Assembly: GCA_965204375.1 (NCBI GenBank)
Contig: OZ241986.1
Location: forward strand, 352,001 to 416,000
From: Candidatus Latescibacterota bacterium
Lineage (GTDB): Bacteria > Latescibacterota > UBA2968
DNA: 64,000 nt
Reading direction: 5' to 3'
Of this stretch, positions 10,814 to 19,803 are shown in pieces; the first letter of the stretch is position 1, and each line of letters opens with the position of its first letter. Made by a program: the position numbers and the translations under genes. A model generated the notes under the pieces. The model did no database searches. It was not told the DNA's origin and was given only the letters and a program-made list of their open reading frames with translations.

Positions 10814-11995
10814 ATGGAATCTGAACGCAATATTCTCGACCACATTTACGTTCTCGTGCGCTGGCGGCGCATGATTCTCATGTGCTTTTTTGCCGTCACG
10901 CTGGTGACAGCGGGCATTTCTCTGATCTTGCCCAAAGCCTACCGCGCGTATGCCAGAGTTTATCCCCCACAAGATACCGGCGGTAGTCTCGGAGGACTAT
11001 CTACCCTTTTGCAAGAACTGCCTCTCAATTTGATGGGACTGGGTGGTGAGGTCATATCTGCCACAGAATTTGTTCCGGTCGTTGAAAGCGAAAGTGTACG
11101 TCTTTCTGTTGCCAGGCGGTTTGATCTCGCCACGCGGTATGGTGCCAGCCATCAAAGTGAATTGCTCGATATGATATCCAATCGCCTGCAAGTCGATCTT
11201 TCTCGCGAGCAATTTCTCACGATTTCCTACGAAGCCGATACCCCAGAACTGGCGGCAGAATTGACCAATGCTTTCGTTGAAGAACTCAATAACGCGCTTG
11301 AACGACGCAACCAAGATAAAACGCGTGCCTATCTGGTCTATCTCACAGAGCGACTCAAAGAAGCCGAACAGGACATGCTCAAAGCCGAGCGGCGCTATCG
11401 AGATTTTCAGAACGAGTACATGGTATTAGACGTTGAAACCCAGGCCAAAACACAGCTGGAAATATCTTCTACGCTCATCGGCTCGCTGGCAGAACTGATT
11501 GTCAAGCGCGATGTCCAATCAAAGCTGATGACCGCAGATAATCCCGAACTGAAAAAACTCGATATGGAAATCCAGACCACGCGCCAGGTGCTCGACGATT
11601 TGCTTATGGGCCAATTTCCCGATAGCCTGCGCAGCAGCGATTCGGATGGACAATTGCCAGAGGTTTTCAAACCCTTCCGACAATTGCCCGAATTGGGTCT
11701 GGCCGCGGTGGCACTCATCCGCGATGTTGAAATACAAAACGCCATCTATCAGTTTATCAAGCAGGAATACGAAAAAACGCGCTTTGAAGATGAAAAGGGC
11801 ACACACACTGTCACGGTCCTGGATTATGCGCGACCTCCCGATACGCGCAGCTATCCACGCCGCAGCCTCATGGTCGCCATTGCGGGAGGGCTTAGTCTGA
11901 TATTGAGTTGCTTGTTTGCCTTTGTATTTGAAGCTCTGAGAAATCTGACTCCGGAGAATCGGGCCAAACTCGATGCCATATCAGAGGAATTGTGA
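10814..11995 (+). CDS. Polysaccharide co-polymerase / chain-length determinant (Wzz/GumC-like, no kinase domain)
   Basis: Two TM helices flanking a coiled coil; LPKAYRA and VLDYARPPD.RSYPRR motifs. Confidence 0.85.
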   Translation: MESERNILDHIYVLVRWRRMILMCFFAVTLVTAGISLILPKAYRAYARVYPPQDTGGSLGGLSTLLQELPLNLMGLGGEVISATEFVPVVESESVRLSVARRFDLATRYGASHQSELLDMISNRLQVDLSREQFLTISYEADTPELAAELTNAFVEELNNALERRNQDKTRAYLVYLTERLKEAEQDMLKAERRYRDFQNEYMVLDVETQAKTQLEISSTLIGSLAELIVKRDVQSKLMTADNPELKKLDMEIQTTRQVLDDLLMGQFPDSLRSSDSDGQLPEVFKPFRQLPELGLAAVALIRDVEIQNAIYQFIKQEYEKTRFEDEKGTHTVTVLDYARPPDTRSYPRRSLMVAIAGGLSLILSCLFAFVFEALRNLTPENRAKLDAISEEL

Positions 11996-12012
11996 GTAAG
12001 CGAGGTATTTCC

Positions 12013-13041
12013 ATGCAAAAATTGTCCCGTGATTCTACAATTCTCACCACCACAGTTGGGTCTTATCCGCTGCCCGACTGGCTCGTGGCAGCACCGAGTG
12101 AAACCGCTGTTGTGGATGCCACGCGCGTTATCTTCGATACGCAGCGTCAGGCTGGAATTGATCTGCCTACCGATGGCGAACTCTACCGATTTGACATCAA
12201 CCATCCCGAGACCAATGGCATGATCGAATATTTTGTGCGCCCTATGGGCGGTACGCGCGTCGATTTTGGGCGTACTGAGGTCGAGACATTTCGTCAACGA
12301 CAATCCATGGACTTTCGCGCCAAACCCGCTGCTGTTGTCGATGACGCGCTCTCAGAGGGGGCACTCGACCTGTTATCCGACTGTTTGCGTGCAGCAACCG
12401 TCGCAGGTGGTTCCTTCAAATTTACGCTTACCAGCCCCTATATGCTTGCCCGCACCTTGCTCGACAACTACTACGGAGATTTTGAAGCCCTGCTCATGGG
12501 GGTGGCCGATGTGTTGGCCGATCAGGTGCGCGGCCTGCCATGCGCCTGTGTACAGGTCGATGAAGCCAATATTCCGGGTAATCCCGAGGACGGGCCTATC
12601 GCAGCGAAGGCGATTAATAGAGTACTCGACGCGGTCGATCCCGATACTGAGAAAGCTGTTCACTTTTGTTTTGGAAATTACGGTGGGCAAACCATCCAAC
12701 GCGGCACCTGGCGCGCGCTTATTGATTTCCTCAACAATCTGCACACCGATCACCTCGTTCTCGAACTCGCCCATCGCCCTGATGATGATCTGGTTGCTCT
12801 GAAAGAAATTGATCCGCGCATCAAACTCGGCATTGGCGTGGTCGATATCAAAATTAATCACGTTGAAACTGCCGAACAGATTGCCCGACGCCTCGATTAC
12901 GCCGAAAAAGAACTCGGCCCGGGGCGCATCGCATTTATTCATCCCGATTGCGGGTTCTGGATGCTCAAACGCTCGGTGGCAGACCAAAAAATCGTAGCCC
13001 TCGCGCAAGGCAGAGATCTTTATTTGGGAAGGGTGAAGTGA
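12013..13041 (+). CDS. Cobalamin-independent methionine synthase catalytic-domain-only protein (MetE C-terminal family)
   Basis: TTTVGSYP.P, TDGE, VQVDE, Zn ligands HFC..., LELA and HPDCG. About 340 aa, with no N-terminal folate-binding half. Confidence 0.82.
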   Translation: MQKLSRDSTILTTTVGSYPLPDWLVAAPSETAVVDATRVIFDTQRQAGIDLPTDGELYRFDINHPETNGMIEYFVRPMGGTRVDFGRTEVETFRQRQSMDFRAKPAAVVDDALSEGALDLLSDCLRAATVAGGSFKFTLTSPYMLARTLLDNYYGDFEALLMGVADVLADQVRGLPCACVQVDEANIPGNPEDGPIAAKAINRVLDAVDPDTEKAVHFCFGNYGGQTIQRGTWRALIDFLNNLHTDHLVLELAHRPDDDLVALKEIDPRIKLGIGVVDIKINHVETAEQIARRLDYAEKELGPGRIAFIHPDCGFWMLKRSVADQKIVALAQGRDLYLGRVK

Positions 13042-13063
13042 GAAGGGTGAAGTGAGAGGGTGG
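13029..13063 (+). repeat. Heptamer tandem array AAGGGTG/AAGTGAG at a gene end
   Basis: AAGGGTG AAGTGAG AAGGGTG AAGTGAG AGGGTGG, spanning the stop codon. Confidence 0.8.
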
Positions 13064-13130
13064 TCAACTACAGCATAGGCAGTCATGCTCGAATGACTCG
13101 CCTTCATATCCCATTCCGTACATTCTATAC

Positions 13131-16100
13131 ATGCGATATATTTATATATTCTTTTGTATTTTTCTGATCTCGGAAGCAGGTGTTTTCGCCCAGACACGCG
13201 GTGCGATTGTCACTATTGCCGGTGGTGGTCTGGAAGATGGCGATAATGTGCTGGCAACAGATGTTGTGCTCAATCGTCCGCTCGGAATTGCGCTCGATAC
13301 ACGGGGAAATCTCTATATTGCGGATACGGATAATCACCGCATTCGACGGGTGGATGCGATAACGGGTATCATCACTACAGTAGCGGGTACTGGGGAGCCG
13401 GGATTCTCGGGCGATGGCGGGCCTGCGACAATGGCATTGCTCAATACTCCCAATGCCATTGCGGTCGATAGCGCGGGCAATATTTATATCAGTAGCGGTG
13501 GCGCGAGTGAAAGTGATGTTCACAATCGACGCATTCGGCGCATTGATGCTTTTGGTATCATCACTACGGTCGCGGGTACGGGCGAAGGTGGTTTCAATGA
13601 TCTGGTACCCGCGCTGCAAGCCACGTTCCACGAAATTGTCGCACTGACGATGTTGGGCGATATAGCTCTTTTAATCTCCGATAGTCTCGATGAGAATGGA
13701 CAGGGCAACAATCGCGTGCGGCAATTTAACCTTGCGAATAATACCATAGGTACAATCGCGGGCAACGGCAGTGCTCAGACGTCGAGTATTCAGGATGGTG
13801 GGCTGGCAACTCGGGCGGGGTTGACTCCTGGACAATTGGCTGTGACGGGTAATGGCGATCTCTTGATTGCGGATTTTAATAATGGACGCATTCGCCGCAT
13901 TAGCAGGGCAACGCGAGATACGACGGTTGTTGTCGTGATCAATACTGTGGCCGGGCGGGGAGCGACCTCTGCGGAAAATCTATCAGAAGATCTCTACAAG
14001 GGCGATGGTGGGCCAGCGACAGGTGCTTTATTTTTTTCTCCTTCGGGCGTTGCTATTGATGGAGCTGGCAATATCTATATCGGCGATACGGGCAATAATC
14101 GCATTCGCGTGGTTGAAACGGAAACGGGCAATGTATTGACTATCGCGGGAACGGGTGTTGCAGGCGAGGGATCTGAAGGTACACTCGGTCTTCTGTCTGA
14201 TCTGGGGCAGCCCACACATTTGCTGATTGATGGTAATGGGGACCTCATCTTTATCGATGCTTTCAACAATCGCATCCGCAAACTGCGCGATCCCGCGTTC
14301 CGAATGCCTCTTTTCAACGCTATATCCACGGATATCATCTTTGGTAGAGTTAGCGTTGGCGATCCGGCTGTGCGCCATTTGCGCGTTGAAAATCGAGGTA
14401 ATTTGTCCGTTCGTATTGAAGCAGCTATTTCCGATAACCCCGGGTTTCGCGTTTTGTCGGAATTGCCCTTCGAAGTCGGCATCGCACAAATCGCTGAACT
14501 TGAGATTGTATTTGATCCTGTACAAACAGGTGTGGCAAGAGGTGTTATCACTATTACCACCAATGACTCGCGCATACCTTCTGCCACGGTCAATGTGCAG
14601 GGATGGGGAGATGCTGCCAATATCGGACTTTTTCCATCCGATGTTTTAATTTTTGATCGCACCTCTATTGGGCAATCTCAAACCTTGTCGGTACGCATTT
14701 CCAACCTCGGTGCTGGCGTTCTGGTGGTTCCCAATGCCACTACGACCGACTCGCAATTTGTTGTCGAACAAACCGATGTCCTCCGCATTGAATCCGGACA
14801 AAGCCAGCGACTTCCCATTATTTTCCGCCCGCAGTCCGAGGATCTCCAACAAGCCGTGTTGACCATTTTTAGCAATGCGCCAGGAACCCCTGCTGTTAGA
14901 CTTCAATTGCGGGGCATTGGGCAAAGTGCCCAGCCCGGCGGATTTGTCGATGTGGCACCCAACATGGGTTTGGGGGATACAGGTGCGGGATTTGGTGCGG
15001 CTTGGGCAGATTTTGACAACGATAATGATCCCGATTTCTATCTCGTACGCAGCAGAGAACCCAATCGGTTATATCGCAACGACGGTACGGGGTTCACAGA
15101 TATCGCGCCAGCACTGGGTATCGACGATTCCGGCGATGGCAGTGCGGGGATATGGGGGGATGTGGATGGCGATGGCGATCTCGATCTTTACGTCACCAAC
15201 TTTGGCGAATCCAATCGGTTATATCGCAATGACGGTGTGAGATTCACAGATATTGCCACCACTTTTGGGGTTGACGGCTCTGGAGATGGGTATGGCGCAG
15301 CTTGGGCAGATTATGACCGCGATGGGGATCTCGACCTCTATGTCGCTAATTTTGGCGCGAATCGCTTCTATCGGAACGATGGCAATGGTTTTTCCGAGCG
15401 TGCCGATAGTCTGGGCATAGGCGATATAGAGAGCGGGATTCAACCCGCATGGGGCGATTTCGACAATGATGGGGACCCGGATTTGTTTTTGGCGAATAGC
15501 GGACCCAACCGCCTTTTTCGAAACGATGGCGAGCAATTCACATCCGTAGAAAATATTTTTAGCCCGGTTGATACCGGGCCGAGTTTTGGCGCGACGTGGG
15601 GCGATTTCGACAACGATGGTGACCTCGACCTGTTTATCCCCTATTTTGGTGCGGATAATAGATTCTATATAAACGAAGACAATGGCGTGTTCAGAGATCG
15701 CGCACCTGAGATGATGCTCAATCACGATGGACGAGGCAGAGGTGCGGTATGGGGAGATTTTGACAGCGATGGTTTTCTCGATCTCTATGTGACAAATAGC
15801 GGTCAGCCCAATTTGTACTACCAAAATGAGGATGGGCTTTTTGTAGAGATGTCCGATTCTTTGGGCGTTGCCCTGAATGCCGATAGCCGCGGTGTTGCCC
15901 TTGCCGATTACGACAACGATGGGAAACTCGATTTGTATGTCGCAGTGCAGGATGGTCCCGATGCTCTTTTTCGCAATCGCGAAGCTGATGGCAATTGGAT
16001 CGCAATTCGGCTTCGCGGGACAGATAGCAGCACCGATGCGATTGGTACGCGCCTCAAAATTGAGTTCAAAGATGGGGATGGCAATAATCGCCAGGCCATT

Positions 16101-17828
16101 CGAGAAATTACAGGAGGTGCTTCCTTTTTATCGCAGGATGTGCTCTTGCCCACATTTGGTGTGGGCAAAGCCGAAAAAATCGAAGTGCTCTCCCTGCGCT
16201 GGCCCAGTGGTATTGTACAGCAATTTCGCAGTGATAGAGACGATTTATCGGTCAATCGCGTTATAGATATTACCGAAAAACCCTCCCTGCCCCCTGCTCG
16301 CGTTCTTTTGTTTGCAGACGCGGCCAATTTGCTGGCCAATGGTATCTCCGAAATTGAACTCACCGCACAGATCGTCACAATAGACAACAGACCTTTGCCC
16401 ACCAGCGATCAGGCGGTTAAATTCCGCATAGAGAGCGGTAGTGGTCTCATCATTTCTTCTCAGAGGTCCGAAGCCGCCGGAGATTCCGTCGCGGTGCGCG
16501 ATGGCGTGGCGTATGCGCGTTTTCGAGCAGGTCGAGACCATGGGCGCGTTGTCATGGTTGCCGAAAGTGCGGGTCTGGAATCCGGGCGCGTTGAGATAGA
16601 ACTCCTCAAACCTTTTGGAGAAGATGCCCTGACCATTCGCACTATCGCCGGTTCGGGCGATGAGGTCGGTGGGTTTCAAGGCGATGGCGGCGCAGCTATT
16701 GAGGCACTTCTTCAGCGACCACAAGGCGTATTGGTCGATCCGTTGGGCAATATTTATATTGCGGATACAGAGAATCACCGCATTCGCTTTGTGAGTGTGG
16801 AAACAGGTATTATCCAGACTATTGCAGGGACAGGATATGCGGAAGATATTAATATGCCTCGAGGTATGGTTCTTCAGGGCGATTTGCTCATCAGTCAGAT
16901 GGGCAATCACGTTGTGAGCACGGTGCAGGATGAGGTGTTGTTCGCCTTTGCAGGAATTGGAATTGGTCAGTTTGGAGGCGATGGGGGGCGTGCTTTGGAC
17001 GCCAATTTGAGAAGTCCTGCAGGGCTTGCCATTGACTCGCGAGGGAATGTCTATATCGCCGATACGGATAATCACCGCATTCGCAAAGTCGATGCCAATG
17101 GTATTATTACAACTATTGTAGGCAGCGGCGATCCGGATCAGGGCGCATTTTTGGGCGATGGTGGTGCGGCCACACAGGCGCGCTTAAATCGCCCCAGTGC
17201 GGTTGCTATTGACGCGCATGACAATATTTATATTGCGGATACGGATAATCACCGCATTCGCAAAGTCGATTCCAATGGTATTATTACGACCATTGTGGGA
17301 ATGGGAATTGGAGGATTTTCTGGCGATGGTGGTGCGGCCACACAGGCGCAACTTAATTCTCCAAAGGGTATTGCCGTTGATACACAAGGATATCTTTTTA
17401 TTGCCGATACGAATAATCATCGCATTCGCTTGCTCGATTTGAATAGCGGCTTGATCCAGACTGTGGCGGGCACGGGGTCGGGACAACTCGATTTCGAAGA
17501 AGGCAGTGCCCTCGCCGGAAGTCTCAATGCCCCACATGGTTTGGCTCTTAGTCCAACTGGCACCCTGTTAATTGCGGATGCAGCAAATCACAGAATACGA
17601 GAACTGTCTGTTCTCTTTGATTTGGCTTTTGCATTGCCTGCTGTTCCACAGGCAAAAGCCTTCGATTTCAATGCCGATGGTCGGTTCGATTTCGACGATT
17701 TTCGGATCTTTGTCAACGCTTTTGACTCCGCCGATATGCGCTTTGATCTCAATGCCGATGGTCGGGTTGGGTTCGACGATTTTTTACAATTTGCCAGGGT
17801 TTATGAAGTGAGAAGTGAGATGCCATGA
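13131..17828 (+). CDS. Large secreted repeat protein: NHL propeller, 2 choice-of-anchor-D/ASH Ig-like domains, FG-GAP/VCBS propeller + ASPIC/UnbV, Ig-like domain, NHL propeller, EF-hand/dockerin-like tail
   Basis: Signal peptide; repeated GNIYIADTDNHRIR and GDGG.A units; repeated WGDFDNDGDLDLYV and NRLYRNDG units; DAIGTR...GG.SFLSQ...FGVG...WPSG (UnbV); C-terminal DFNADGRFDFDDF...FDLNADGRVGFDDFLQF. Confidence 0.88.
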   Translation: MRYIYIFFCIFLISEAGVFAQTRGAIVTIAGGGLEDGDNVLATDVVLNRPLGIALDTRGNLYIADTDNHRIRRVDAITGIITTVAGTGEPGFSGDGGPATMALLNTPNAIAVDSAGNIYISSGGASESDVHNRRIRRIDAFGIITTVAGTGEGGFNDLVPALQATFHEIVALTMLGDIALLISDSLDENGQGNNRVRQFNLANNTIGTIAGNGSAQTSSIQDGGLATRAGLTPGQLAVTGNGDLLIADFNNGRIRRISRATRDTTVVVVINTVAGRGATSAENLSEDLYKGDGGPATGALFFSPSGVAIDGAGNIYIGDTGNNRIRVVETETGNVLTIAGTGVAGEGSEGTLGLLSDLGQPTHLLIDGNGDLIFIDAFNNRIRKLRDPAFRMPLFNAISTDIIFGRVSVGDPAVRHLRVENRGNLSVRIEAAISDNPGFRVLSELPFEVGIAQIAELEIVFDPVQTGVARGVITITTNDSRIPSATVNVQGWGDAANIGLFPSDVLIFDRTSIGQSQTLSVRISNLGAGVLVVPNATTTDSQFVVEQTDVLRIESGQSQRLPIIFRPQSEDLQQAVLTIFSNAPGTPAVRLQLRGIGQSAQPGGFVDVAPNMGLGDTGAGFGAAWADFDNDNDPDFYLVRSREPNRLYRNDGTGFTDIAPALGIDDSGDGSAGIWGDVDGDGDLDLYVTNFGESNRLYRNDGVRFTDIATTFGVDGSGDGYGAAWADYDRDGDLDLYVANFGANRFYRNDGNGFSERADSLGIGDIESGIQPAWGDFDNDGDPDLFLANSGPNRLFRNDGEQFTSVENIFSPVDTGPSFGATWGDFDNDGDLDLFIPYFGADNRFYINEDNGVFRDRAPEMMLNHDGRGRGAVWGDFDSDGFLDLYVTNSGQPNLYYQNEDGLFVEMSDSLGVALNADSRGVALADYDNDGKLDLYVAVQDGPDALFRNREADGNWIAIRLRGTDSSTDAIGTRLKIEFKDGDGNNRQAIREITGGASFLSQDVLLPTFGVGKAEKIEVLSLRWPSGIVQQFRSDRDDLSVNRVIDITEKPSLPPARVLLFADAANLLANGISEIELTAQIVTIDNRPLPTSDQAVKFRIESGSGLIISSQRSEAAGDSVAVRDGVAYARFRAGRDHGRVVMVAESAGLESGRVEIELLKPFGEDALTIRTIAGSGDEVGGFQGDGGAAIEALLQRPQGVLVDPLGNIYIADTENHRIRFVSVETGIIQTIAGTGYAEDINMPRGMVLQGDLLISQMGNHVVSTVQDEVLFAFAGIGIGQFGGDGGRALDANLRSPAGLAIDSRGNVYIADTDNHRIRKVDANGIITTIVGSGDPDQGAFLGDGGAATQARLNRPSAVAIDAHDNIYIADTDNHRIRKVDSNGIITTIVGMGIGGFSGDGGAATQAQLNSPKGIAVDTQGYLFIADTNNHRIRLLDLNSGLIQTVAGTGSGQLDFEEGSALAGSLNAPHGLALSPTGTLLIADAANHRIRELSVLFDLAFALPAVPQAKAFDFNADGRFDFDDFRIFVNAFDSADMRFDLNADGRVGFDDFLQFARVYEVRSEMP

Positions 17829-18448
17829 TCGCACTGCCAACACCTCAAAATATCAATCAGGCTGCCGATATTATTAAAAACGGCGGCCTGATTGCCTATC
17901 CGACCGAGACTGTGTATGGCCTGGGGGCAGCCCCCCATAACGATGAGGCTGTTCAGAAAATTTTCACTGCCAAAGGGCGTGCAGAGGACAAGGGGTTTAT
18001 TCTTCTGATTCGCGGTGTAGATGATCTTTCAAGGCTCGTCTGCGCTGTATCTCCGACAGCTCAAATACTTATTGAGGCATTTTGGCCGGGACCGCTCACC
18101 CTTGTTTTTCGCGCCAATCGCGATCTTTCTCCTGCCTTGCTCGGCGGACGCGATACGGTAGCTCTCCGCCATTCGAGTTCGCCCATTGCCTTCCAATTGC
18201 TCACTGCACTCGGCGGTCCCCTCACGAGTACGAGTGCCAATCGCTCTACAGAGCCTCCGGCGCGTTCGGCATCCGAAGTGCAAAACGCGCTGGGCGAGCA
18301 TCTCGATCTCATTCTCGACGGTGGGCCTTCCGACAGTACGCCCCCTTCTACACTTGTCGATGTTTCTACCGACCACGCAATTCTCCTGCGCGAAGGTGCT
18401 GTTTCTGCTCAAAAACTCAGATCGCATATTCACCTTTATAAAAAATAA
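17825..18448 (+). CDS. tsaC: L-threonylcarbamoyladenylate synthase (TsaC/Sua5/YrdC)
   Basis: AYPTETVYGLG, AKGR, FWPGPLT and TSTSANRS motifs. Confidence 0.94.
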   Translation: MIALPTPQNINQAADIIKNGGLIAYPTETVYGLGAAPHNDEAVQKIFTAKGRAEDKGFILLIRGVDDLSRLVCAVSPTAQILIEAFWPGPLTLVFRANRDLSPALLGGRDTVALRHSSSPIAFQLLTALGGPLTSTSANRSTEPPARSASEVQNALGEHLDLILDGGPSDSTPPSTLVDVSTDHAILLREGAVSAQKLRSHIHLYKK

Positions 18449-18476
18449 AAGGCGAGAAGAAAAATCTCCTCGCCTT
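18449..18476. terminator. Hairpin between convergent genes (likely terminator)
   Basis: AAGGCGAG...CTCGCCTT inverted repeat with an A-tract on the left (U-tract for the minus strand). Confidence 0.6.
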
Positions 18477-18503
18477 ATCGCGAATACGGGAAGCCATATT
18501 TGC

Positions 18504-19703
18504 TTAAAATGAAACATTGCTCATCACATAAGCCCAGTGCATGTTCTCGTTCAATCGGCCCAATGCCTTGATGGCATCTCGCGCCAGGGCAATTGTATAA
18601 CCGGTGACAAAGGTTACATTTTCGCTGTATTGATATGATAGTGTTAAATCGAGTTCATCTGCCAGATGACCCGATTCCAAATTGCCTTTTTGGGCGAGGA
18701 AGAACACATGTCCATCCGCTGCCAAACGCAACCGCTCTTCCTCATCCAGCGGTAAGGATACTTTTATCGCAAAGTCCTGAAGGCCCAGATTTTGAGTGTG
18801 GACGGGTATGTTGAGAAATAAATCGGCAAATCCGTAGTATTTGTGATTGGTTGCAAAGAGGGTGTCAAATGATTTCCATTTGCTGTCTTTCTCATTGCCA
18901 TCGCCAGACAAATAATCATACCACAGGGTCAGGCTACCACTGCCCAGTGTTGTGCCCAGTCTTCCGCCAAACATAAATGCCGAGCCGTTTGGTCCGCGTC
19001 GTTCGCCCGTTTGGAACGAGCCTTCTGCGCGGTAGATCCAGTTCGATTTTTCGCCGTAAATGCGCGCGCCGAGTGTCCATAGCCGCGTATTATCACTTCT
19101 GTTGAAGCCACTGGGGGATACGTGATGGTAGATGCTGTAAAAATCTGCGGATGTACTCGTTCCCGATGCAGTAGCATACAAAGCAGCCAGATAGGCATTG
19201 CCGCTTATACCTTCGGCTGTGGTATCGGATAGACGAACACCAACGCCTTGAACTGTACCCCATTGGGGTTTGGCGGTTACGATAACGCCATCGAATGCAC
19301 GCCCTTGTTGTGCCCATTCAACTGCGCCGATTATCCGCTGCCCGCCCAATCCTATCGCCTGTCGTCCAATGCGAAGGGATAGGGCTGTGTCGCCCATATC
19401 TTTGATATCCATATACGCCTGATGAAAGTCGAAATTGTCGGCATTATAATCGGTGAAGGTATTGGTTTCTTCACCCCACAGCCGCACATCCTGCAATTGA
19501 ATAAAGACATTTACATCCTGATCTAAAGTTGCTGTAATATTCAGCCGGGTACGCATGGATGTGAATACGTCGTGCCCATTGCCAACGGGATCTCGAAATT
19601 CCGTGCGAGGTCGAATTTGCCCTCCAAACTCGATATCTGTGGCTTCAACACCACTTGCTATAACGACAATTATCGCTATACCAACCAACCATCTCGACAG
19701 CAT
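18504..19703 (-). CDS. Alginate-export (AlgE-like) outer-membrane beta-barrel porin
   Basis: Signal peptide, GQIRPRTEFR, FIQLQDVRLWG, IGRQ....G.QRIIG..EW.Q.GRAFD, YDYLSGD, TNHKYYGFADLF and a terminal Phe. Confidence 0.82.
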   Translation of the reverse strand: MLSRWLVGIAIIVVIASGVEATDIEFGGQIRPRTEFRDPVGNGHDVFTSMRTRLNITATLDQDVNVFIQLQDVRLWGEETNTFTDYNADNFDFHQAYMDIKDMGDTALSLRIGRQAIGLGGQRIIGAVEWAQQGRAFDGVIVTAKPQWGTVQGVGVRLSDTTAEGISGNAYLAALYATASGTSTSADFYSIYHHVSPSGFNRSDNTRLWTLGARIYGEKSNWIYRAEGSFQTGERRGPNGSAFMFGGRLGTTLGSGSLTLWYDYLSGDGNEKDSKWKSFDTLFATNHKYYGFADLFLNIPVHTQNLGLQDFAIKVSLPLDEEERLRLAADGHVFFLAQKGNLESGHLADELDLTLSYQYSENVTFVTGYTIALARDAIKALGRLNENMHWAYVMSNVSF

Positions 19704-19746
19704 ATTAGCCTCCTGAATACAAATCTTTCAAATAGAGGTCACACCA

Positions 19747-19775
19747 AGTATAATATACTACAAAAGTTTAGACAA
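19747..19775 (-). promoter_or_regulatory. Putative sigma70 promoter for the porin gene
   Basis: TTGTCT-N17-TATACT on the minus strand. Confidence 0.5.
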
Positions 19776-19803
19776 TATAAGCTATCAAAAAACAATCTGC
19801 TTA

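Noticed and set aside
13078-13102. Hairpin GGCAGTCAT...ATGACTCGCC as a SAM or fluoride riboswitch
   Set aside because: It lies downstream of the methionine-synthase-like gene and lacks the conserved aptamer cores
13131-17828. Recurrent ~30-bp repeats (TATATTGCGGATACGGATAATCACCGCATTCG) as a CRISPR array
   Set aside because: They are in-frame NHL blade codons with irregular, long spacing, and there are no cas genes
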